From the IMG/VR virus record IMGVR_UViG_3300029815_000032: 40,426 nucleotides of DNA; one strand, given 5' to 3'. Under the pieces are notes generated by a model. The model had not been told where the DNA came from, did no database searches, and saw nothing but the letters and a program-made list of their open reading frames with translations. This stretch comes from a virus. The position numbers and the translations under genes were made by a program. How positions within the stretch are numbered: the stretch's first letter is position 1; every line of letters begins with the position of its first letter. Shown piece after piece: positions 35,501 through 40,426 of the stretch.

Positions 35501-38500
35501 AGTAACAATATTGTCGAGGGGACGGATGCCGGAAAAAAGGCGGTCAAGGAGGCGGTAGATAAACAGACCGAGAAGTTAAGAAAGGAGATGCAGCAGTATA
35601 AGAAAACGATCAGAGCATCTTATCAGAACCAGGTAACGAGGTATAAGACGGAATTGGAGAGGACGCAAAAAGACTTGCGTGCTGTGCAGAATAATTTGAA
35701 AAATTGGAAGCCGGTACCGGAAACACAAATCTTAAATCAGGCAGAACTGGATGCAAAGGCAGAGCAGATGGCCACAAAGGCACTGACAGATTATAAGATG
35801 GCGCAGGAACGGAGTAAACAGATAGATAACATCAAGAGAACCGGACACCGCATGATCCGGTGGCTGGATGCGCCGACGGATAAACAGCATGTTCCGGAGT
35901 TTTTGCAAAGACCACTATCTGAATTTTTGAGCAGTGTTGACTTTCTGCCGTTAAGAGCAAAGGAAACATCTAAGAATACCTTAGACTGGAGGCATCAGAT
36001 GATGGTATTAAAGGATGTGATCACAAGACTGAAAGAGAGTGACCCGGAGATAGATAGTGACGGCTATGCACTATCACAGGTTCTTGTTGTGGATGAATTG
36101 GTAGAAAAGATGCAGAATATCCTTGACAATAATCAGGATGTGAATATGAAGGTATCGAAACTTCCGGCAGGAGATCTGAAGGAGATGTCAGAGGTGCTAA
36201 GTTCACTTAGTGCTGCCATTAACCATATGAACACGACATATGCAAATAGCAGATATGCCGGCATTGGAGATCTTGCAAGAGCATCCATCAATGAAATGCA
36301 GGAGAGAAAACCAACCAAGACAGAAAGAACAAAGGTTGGTAACGCGGCATTTAAATTCTTTAATTTGGATGAGATCGAACCGCTGACCTTTTTCGAGGGA
36401 TTGGGATCTGCATCTGCAAGTGTTTATGAAGAATTACGCCACGGATTTGACATCAGAACCAATCATATCCGGGAGACGGCAGATTTCTTTGAAAATAAGA
36501 AAAAGGAACTGGGGATCTCCGATAAGGAAATGGCAGAGTGGGGAAAAGAGAAACACGAGTTTCATTTTCCGGGTGGAGATATTACCATGACAACGCCACA
36601 GATCATGTCCTTGTTAGAGACGGTCAACAGAAAGCAGGGCAAGCCTCATGTGGAAGCCGGAGGTATAAAAATAGCAGATACAGAGGTAAAGGTAGGAAAG
36701 GTCAAAAAGATCGTGCATATGACAAAGGCGGTACATATTGACGAGGCACAGTATGACACGATCATTTCTGAACTGACACCAAAGCAGAGAGCGATGGCAA
36801 ACGAATTGCAGCACTATATGGCTACAGAGTGTGCGGACTGGGGTAACCGGGTATCAAGAGAAATGTATGGATACAAGAAGTTCACGGAAAAGGACTACTT
36901 CCCATTAAGGACGGATTCAACAACCAGAGAAACAAAGCCAAGTGATGACCAGGCACCGTCCTACTATACCATCAAGAACAGGTCATTTACGAAGCAGATC
37001 ACACCGCATGCCGCAAATGCCGTTGTGATCGATGACATCTTTGATGTGTTTACCAGACATGTCGTACAGATGGCAGAGTATGACGGATATACTATGCCGA
37101 TTGCGGATGCCATGCGATGGTACAATTATCAGGAAAAAGAAATCAACACGATAAGAAATCAGGATCTGTTGGGAGAAATTGCGGGAGATACCACGAATGC
37201 AAGGAATGAGATCAAGAACAGTGTGAAGCAGAATATGGATCGCGTCCTTGGAAAGAATGCTGGAGCATATTTCCAACAGTTCATTAAAGACATCAATGGA
37301 GATTATGCAGGTACCGGCGGTACACCAGATCTGTCAACATACCTGATGTCATCATTTAAGGCACAGGCGGTAGGTGCAAACATAAGAGTAATTGTGCAAC
37401 AGCCGACAGCCATTGTACGTGCGGCAGATCGGATTGAAGCCAAGTATTTATTGCAGGCGCAGACATCCCTGCCAAAAGCAGTAGAGTATGCGAAAAAGTC
37501 GCAGGATAACTCTGCTATATCCTATTGGAAAGCGCAGGGATATTATGAAACACTCATAGGTAAGTCCTTGAAGCAGATCATTACCGGAGAGGGAACGGTA
37601 AAGGAAAAAATTACAGATGCCATGGGAAAAGGTGCCGGAATTGCAGATGACCTGACATGGGGTGTCATGTATCGTGCAGCAGAACTAAAGGTCAAGGATC
37701 AAAAACCGAATCTGAAATATGATTCAGAAGAATTTACCAAAAAGACGGTAGAGATCTTCGAGGACATCATCGATCATACCCAGGTAGTTGATACGATTTT
37801 TCATAAGTCACAATGGATGAGAAATCAAGGGCTGGGATATAGAGCAACATCTGCATTTATGGCAGAGCCGACAAAGACCTATAACATGTTTTACCGGGCA
37901 TATCAGGATTGCTTGAGAAGTGGTAACAAAAAAGAGATGGTAGACCATGCCGGAAGAACAGCAATGATCTTTCTTGTGGAGCAGGCGCTCAATGCAGCAG
38001 TTACAGGATTTATTGACGCATGGCGAGATGATGACAAGGACGAGGGTATTATAGGTTTCTTGCAGAGTGAGGCAGATCATACTAAGGAGAATTTCTTTGG
38101 AAATCTCTATGTGTGGAACCTGTTTCCGGTCATAAAGGAAGTACAGAACTTTATAGATGGGTATGATGCAACAGAATATACGACCGAAGGACTTGCAACA
38201 GCAGTTGATACTATCAGCGAATTGTATAAGGTTGTCATAGGACAGAGCAATAAGACATTTTATGGTGTGTCCTATCTGATCGCTCAGGGAATATCACAGT
38301 TAAGCGGTATCCCTATATCAAGCGCATTGCGCGAGGTGAAATCGTTATATAATACCTTAAACGGTATCTGGGGTGGTACGGATTGGTATAAATCAAAGAC
38401 TACACAGCAATCCGCAGAGAAAAGGAAAAGGCAGACAAACCTAAACAATGCTATCCAGAAGAAAGATCTTGAAGATAGCAAGAATGCCATGAATGAGATA

Positions 38501-38743
38501 TATCAGAATGCGTACGACAATGGCATTGCAAATGGAAAAAGCGAGAATGAGGCAGAGAGTGATGCGTGGTCTAGTGTCAGAAGCGCTTTAAAGAAATCGT
38601 ACCAGGAGCAGGAAGACAGATCCACGGCAACGATCAACCGCTATGTAACACTCATGCGAAAGACAAAGAAAAAGGTCAGTGGTAAGAATGAATTTAAAGC
38701 CGTAACGGAAAAAGATGCAAGGGACACGGTCAAAGGTTGGTAG
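29537..38743 (+). CDS. Giant (3068 aa) polyvalent virion/ejection-type protein with an internal effector-domain cassette including an ART-PolyVal-like ADP-ribosyltransferase domain.
   Basis: GGGAGAAG RBS and an uninterrupted ORF. ...LMTVYHGTVREFYEFD...GTGIYFTNNEADVDENYA...ITHYIVFNSNQAKFVSNENPTTSGDVRYSRK fits the ART-PolyVal pattern. A degenerate metallopeptidase-like VAMHEGIGEF is present. Recurrent R-[NY]-S-x-K-V linkers. Confidence 0.8.
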   Translation: MAKRKTFDEILQERYGSSEDESTGVNDRSYDDIMLERRLSGKESDKWTSDMTKAFNQGNRYSKQAYEGAVEIAKNSRRVKTGAERYGLFSGGNEEMNKGILHKASNYIKSKIDDGKSEITEEESLKHASNVLAGVSEDNQALLKKYVDAQDSSKSTPFMYLMNTDSPVMQKQQMKDSETMDAVKKQFMENTGVDEKTFNKMVANYGYTYHADENEKQKKKLQQSSGATKALASAVDVLASPVTGFVALAGTGKNQVDPELGRDKHTVYSSLKDFSENTEEAVLNDAEKIDNKALRTAAKGAYEIGMATGKSAMSMMTGSEAASALGLTGKSARAVANLVSLPQFGASSYVSTLEEAQERGLDTKDAYRTALVAGGAEMATEVISLEGIWDILESKGKVAAKTAIGNVLKQSFFEGSEEVANDLINEIADGLINGDKSKYVQSVRYYMSDQYAKENGLDAPLSEDEAKKKANIDFAKSTAIDGFLGAASGGLMGGAATAINAYANTKGGQYLSGNEQIRDDIVLNKDSENYISDDRADYDSEEDYQKAQAAIEQLIDDSGEKISGKEARSLYQNVAEAIGSQNSNRAEARVQREVETIESAQTPDELVRATESVKNDVPEVQQAIDNTKARMVAQGATQADFDNVVTPTRAYEMAKRGQVSESDLASMSTDARRAAEAGISESVSADIKNVTKFDASTVLVKENGKAKQTNITGEVTKSGDQYYLTTKKGAKVELSEDILSGTTKANGDNTKGKLLMYGNSHAAGIISLEDPELMTIALQTKINQPSVPSTSIVKAVKTFNTLGRSGVSFESIVNDKKQKFMVDAIGEKVLRQAYDLGAKEGALDEEKMANPTTKKGNGKVSFASREAEGAYEKLDHANKTFLDKFAEKTGVDFEIFTDDADAEGTVRGQYVPEEGKIRLNVAEDTDILEVAMHEGIGEFLKAHNAKGYAEITETILDYYAENNADALAKRIEDYKRAYSDEEGKSTRGSADELVNDVLAEIFSDDAGIEKLGTWLFDNGKEKEAKTIKDVLIDFINQMKSWIADIKAQGGLSAAERSKLSMTEKDMDALQNRILKAMDEAIANRDSRAEGETAEQSIRNSVKVDANGKQYVEIDEDIIKGITGSKNIKSAVRAYIKENYPSIDMMGFKLGINAQSRNEFVNSKTSQYMQNKLKRFFIDKMRMAGNLEEIVNVGDGYTWEDIKHSRKDRLIGFVRGNVQIRVGSNDYIADIVLADDKTKGLIFYDIVNMKSTAIKEAPTERTHENHAAQVAGASTDSISQNKKNATEIAEKGRNSVKVEAETHARDAERFFGTTRNWSYAGYLDINGKLLDFSDGQRYRVQDHREISEILDLPEDAGYSDGLIQFMAEGNIRMQKYGIDISVTPNEAQKGRLRDFFNHLEGEVTVDFSALNGDSVGSADYTEGTSATRILNDIDTFFVTGEVPEGTYNGINEFRYSKKVDSEGRKLTEAQQEYFKNSKAVDEDGNLMTVYHGTVREFYEFDREQGNPEGNFGTGIYFTNNEADVDENYANEKGSDLTNKIELEADMLEGTDEYEDMDHDEIVEALRKKYITSDEPITMECYLNIENPCYVDSTMLLDNVEDYMGETIEDFADEDEYYEALDEKAAEIVDDIVGEISSNIELYSGTDEVAAILGEALMDGGIAVEDLRARLDELYLEDEEGRIVSSEVLRQIIESLGYDGIIDSTVSDKFKNMNLSEDITHYIVFNSNQAKFVSNENPTTSGDVRYSRKVKDARKSIKEYGIVSPYHDTLNEANVVSAIMGKMNEALDGVSVDLNGVMDVTKSIIKKYDADISTNDLAGAIWQTFSYMNNNQMETDYQGMMDYLLNIGDEVIATSQLKNADQQAVYDEVRKQLRTHAIHLTKADRAELVHRYGSWNEAFGAIQQAGIKLDNNGIRIDSAYGDIRNEIMKLSGVQMSEETTAADQIVNIIDTVSSLEPEVSTFEGANDLDKSLMVASDIIDEYYTRAVKEMSNNIVEGTDAGKKAVKEAVDKQTEKLRKEMQQYKKTIRASYQNQVTRYKTELERTQKDLRAVQNNLKNWKPVPETQILNQAELDAKAEQMATKALTDYKMAQERSKQIDNIKRTGHRMIRWLDAPTDKQHVPEFLQRPLSEFLSSVDFLPLRAKETSKNTLDWRHQMMVLKDVITRLKESDPEIDSDGYALSQVLVVDELVEKMQNILDNNQDVNMKVSKLPAGDLKEMSEVLSSLSAAINHMNTTYANSRYAGIGDLARASINEMQERKPTKTERTKVGNAAFKFFNLDEIEPLTFFEGLGSASASVYEELRHGFDIRTNHIRETADFFENKKKELGISDKEMAEWGKEKHEFHFPGGDITMTTPQIMSLLETVNRKQGKPHVEAGGIKIADTEVKVGKVKKIVHMTKAVHIDEAQYDTIISELTPKQRAMANELQHYMATECADWGNRVSREMYGYKKFTEKDYFPLRTDSTTRETKPSDDQAPSYYTIKNRSFTKQITPHAANAVVIDDIFDVFTRHVVQMAEYDGYTMPIADAMRWYNYQEKEINTIRNQDLLGEIAGDTTNARNEIKNSVKQNMDRVLGKNAGAYFQQFIKDINGDYAGTGGTPDLSTYLMSSFKAQAVGANIRVIVQQPTAIVRAADRIEAKYLLQAQTSLPKAVEYAKKSQDNSAISYWKAQGYYETLIGKSLKQIITGEGTVKEKITDAMGKGAGIADDLTWGVMYRAAELKVKDQKPNLKYDSEEFTKKTVEIFEDIIDHTQVVDTIFHKSQWMRNQGLGYRATSAFMAEPTKTYNMFYRAYQDCLRSGNKKEMVDHAGRTAMIFLVEQALNAAVTGFIDAWRDDDKDEGIIGFLQSEADHTKENFFGNLYVWNLFPVIKEVQNFIDGYDATEYTTEGLATAVDTISELYKVVIGQSNKTFYGVSYLIAQGISQLSGIPISSALREVKSLYNTLNGIWGGTDWYKSKTTQQSAEKRKRQTNLNNAIQKKDLEDSKNAMNEIYQNAYDNGIANGKSENEAESDAWSSVRSALKKSYQEQEDRSTATINRYVTLMRKTKKKVSGKNEFKAVTEKDARDTVKGW

Positions 38744-38749
38744 AAGAAA

Positions 38750-38780
38750 GAATCCAGAGTAAAATCTGGGTTCTTTTTTT
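38750..38780 (+). terminator. Rho-independent terminator after the giant gene.
   Basis: Stem gaatccaga / tctgggttc (one G-U pair), 6-nt loop, T7 run. Confidence 0.75.
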
Positions 38781-38830
38781 GTGCCTCGGGGGAGAAAACA
38801 CGATAACAGCATGAGAAAATATATATAGAG
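38781..38830 (+). promoter_or_regulatory. Late-promoter-like element, copy C, upstream of the tail fibre gene.
   Basis: GTGCCTC-GGGGGAGAAA (38788..38797), 12 nt, CATGAGA, an AT-rich TATATA tract, then ATTACGAAAGGAG. Collinear with copy D. Confidence 0.5.
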
Positions 38831-38850
38831 AAATTACGAAAGGAGTACAT

Positions 38851-40426
38851 ATGTTACGGAAATTAAAAGCAGTAGACTACCTGGCAATAGATGTTGCGTC
38901 TCATAAGAAACTTTCGATCTGTGTCATTAAAAATGATACTGTCGGACGTACTATTGTCTGCTCCGTTATGTCGCAGGGAAAGTCCGTCGATTTTACAGAC
39001 TTGTTGTTTGCGGAAATATTCATTAAGAAGCCGGATGGAAATGAAGCAGATCAGGGATGCATTATTGATGGAAATACCATTGCATACACCTTGAGAAGTT
39101 CAGATATTGCGGTTGTCGGAACAAATGTGGCGCAGTTCTTTTTGACATTTAAGGACGGAACCACACTCACGACACCAACATTTGATATTGAGGTCCATGA
39201 AGCGGTCTTATCGCAGAACGCACAGAAATCTTTTAATGAATATACTTCACTGACCCAGCAGATCGTCCTGGCAACAGAGAAAGCGGAGGACGCGGCAGAA
39301 TCCGCAAAGAATGCGGAGACATCCAACCAAAACGCACAGAAGGCATTGACCAGTGTAGAGACGGCAGAGCAGAACGTGATGCGTATGCAGGAGGATGTGA
39401 CGGCATCGGAAAGCCATGCAAAGGAAAGTGAAGTCAATGCCAAGGCAAGTGAGGAGCAGGCTAAAATCTATGCCGATCATGCAGCAGAATCTGAAACCAA
39501 TGCCAAACAATATGAGCAGAGTGTAGTTGCTAAGGCGACGGATATTCTGAATGCAGAGAGCCATGCCAAGGAGTATGCCAACAGCGCGGAACAGTCTGCA
39601 AATACGGCATCTGAAAAGGCACAGGCGGCTACGCTATCGGCAGAGGCTAGTTTGGCATCCGAGACAAAGGCGAAAGAGTCCGCGGATCAGGCAAATACAT
39701 CTGAAACCAATGCATCAACGTATGCCGACAGTGCGCGCTCCAGTTCCCAAGCATCCGCTCTATCCGAAGCCAATGCAGGCAAATTAGAAAAGAATGCAAA
39801 GGCATCGGAGAACAATGCGAAAACATCTGAAACCAATGCGAAAGCGTCAGAACAGGCGGCAGCGAAATCCAAGGATAGCGCCAAGTTATCCGCCGATCAT
39901 GCAGCAGTATCAGAAACGAATGCAAAAAATAGTGAATTGTCTTCGGCAGAGTCAGCAGACAATGCACAGAATAGTGAAACCTCTGCTAGTGCATCTGCAC
40001 TTGTGGCAAAGCAGTCGGAAACGAATGCCGAGACCTTTAAGACCAATGCATCCAATAGTGCATCAGCGGCCGCAACAAGTGAAACCAATGCCAAGGCAAG
40101 TGAACAGAATGCAAGCGCATATCTTGCGAGTGCAAAAACCTACGCGTCATCAGCAAGCACCAATGCCGACAAGGCAAGCAATAGTGCCACGAACGCTAAG
40201 GAAAGCGAAACGAATGCAGGTACATTTGCAACCAGTGCAAAAGAATCGGAATCAAACGCAAGTACATATGCGGCTACTGCAAAGTCCGATTCGGACAAGG
40301 CTCAAAATTATATGAGTTTGGCAGAGACTTTTTATAAAAAGTGCGAGGAAATTTCAAAGGGACTGGGAGGATCATTACTTCCGATGGGAACCATTACTTT
40401 TGCGGGACTAGATACAGCATCGCAAG
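38851..40426 (+). CDS. Tail fibre protein, N-terminal and shaft part. The ORF stays open at the window end and continues at 3..761; about 745 aa in total on the circular map.
   Basis: GAAAGGAG RBS before ATG 38851. BppU-N-like N-terminal domain (DTVGRTIVCSV...KKPDGNEADQGCIIDGNTIAYTL...TTPTFDIEV). Long Ala/Ser/Glu/Asn/Lys repeat shaft (SETNAK units). Not in the ORF track because it has no stop in the window. Confidence 0.85.
   Translation, partial: MLRKLKAVDYLAIDVASHKKLSICVIKNDTVGRTIVCSVMSQGKSVDFTDLLFAEIFIKKPDGNEADQGCIIDGNTIAYTLRSSDIAVVGTNVAQFFLTFKDGTTLTTPTFDIEVHEAVLSQNAQKSFNEYTSLTQQIVLATEKAEDAAESAKNAETSNQNAQKALTSVETAEQNVMRMQEDVTASESHAKESEVNAKASEEQAKIYADHAAESETNAKQYEQSVVAKATDILNAESHAKEYANSAEQSANTASEKAQAATLSAEASLASETKAKESADQANTSETNASTYADSARSSSQASALSEANAGKLEKNAKASENNAKTSETNAKASEQAAAKSKDSAKLSADHAAVSETNAKNSELSSAESADNAQNSETSASASALVAKQSETNAETFKTNASNSASAAATSETNAKASEQNASAYLASAKTYASSASTNADKASNSATNAKESETNAGTFATSAKESESNASTYAATAKSDSDKAQNYMSLAETFYKKCEEISKGLGGSLLPMGTITFAGLDTASQ
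40328..40426. repeat. Terminal direct repeat, copy 2 (identical to 1..99).
   Basis: Exact 99-bp identity with the window start. Confidence 0.95.

Noticed and set aside
29537-38743. The giant ORF as a tape-measure protein, or as a virion RNA polymerase of the N4/crAss type.
   Set aside because: No tail tube, chaperone or frameshift genes accompany it, as a tape measure would require. I could not find the DxDGD-type catalytic motif expected of virion RNA polymerases. The recognisable motifs are those of polyvalent effector proteins.
29585-38850. About 30 short minus-strand and alternative-frame ORFs inside the giant gene.
   Set aside because: All are nested within one uninterrupted 9.2-kb ORF with consistent coding character. 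None has an RBS. They cluster in the AT-rich effector cassette, where random ORFs are expected.
39551-40315. Plus-strand ORFs 39551..39787 and 39794..40315, and several minus-strand ORFs in the same region.
   Set aside because: They are alternative-frame readings of the repetitive fibre shaft (Arg/Gln/Pro-rich nonsense). The frame starting at 38851 has an RBS, a recognisable N-terminal domain and continuity across the circular junction.
1-40426. tRNA, rRNA or tmRNA genes, CRISPR arrays, and transposase or IS elements.
   Set aside because: Intergenic gaps are all under about 230 bp, and none shows a tRNA-like T-arm (GGTTCGAATCC-type) or cloverleaf potential. There are no regularly spaced direct repeats and no transposase-like ORFs.

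Overview
The window is a complete, circularly closed genome of a temperate tailed phage or prophage of Firmicutes (Clostridia-like) type. Bases 1..99 are identical to 40328..40426, so the unique length is 40327 bp, and one tail-fibre gene runs across that junction. Modules in order:
- Tail-fibre tip genes, 3..1800.
- Lysis cassette (XhlA-like protein, holin, amidase endolysin), 1896..3524.
- A small sigma-70 region-4-like regulator, 3583..3840.
- A five-gene accessory (moron) cassette, 3981..5814.
- Lysogeny module on the minus strand: large serine recombinase, an AT-rich membrane protein and an XRE repressor, with back-to-back promoters, 6040..8760.
- Early and replication genes: SleB-like hydrolase, HUH Rep, RNase H-like protein, ParB-like nuclease, PAPS-reductase-family protein and HNH-like protein, 8791..19307.
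- Packaging and head genes: terS, terL, portal, a phage-encoded Prp protease, scaffold and major capsid, 19473..25986.
- A very short tail module dominated by a 3068-aa polyvalent protein, 29537..38743.

Most notable observations:
1. A perfect 38-bp inverted repeat brackets two tail-to-tail alternative C-terminal cassettes of a fibre gene, like the Mu G segment, but the genome has no Gin-type invertase.
2. Four copies of a late-promoter-like element carry a conserved GGGGGAGAAA box at the -35 position. Two of them also share a conserved leader.
3. The giant protein carries an effector-domain cassette (ART-PolyVal-like among others) delimited by a recurring R-[NY]-S-x-K-V linker. Its composition is more AT-rich than the rest of the gene.
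4. One accessory gene has an in-frame TGA.
5. A phage Prp sits beside scaffold and capsid proteins that carry L27-like LQ[LM]FA leaders.

I found no tRNA, rRNA or CRISPR array. All homology statements come from reading motifs by eye, not from database searches.
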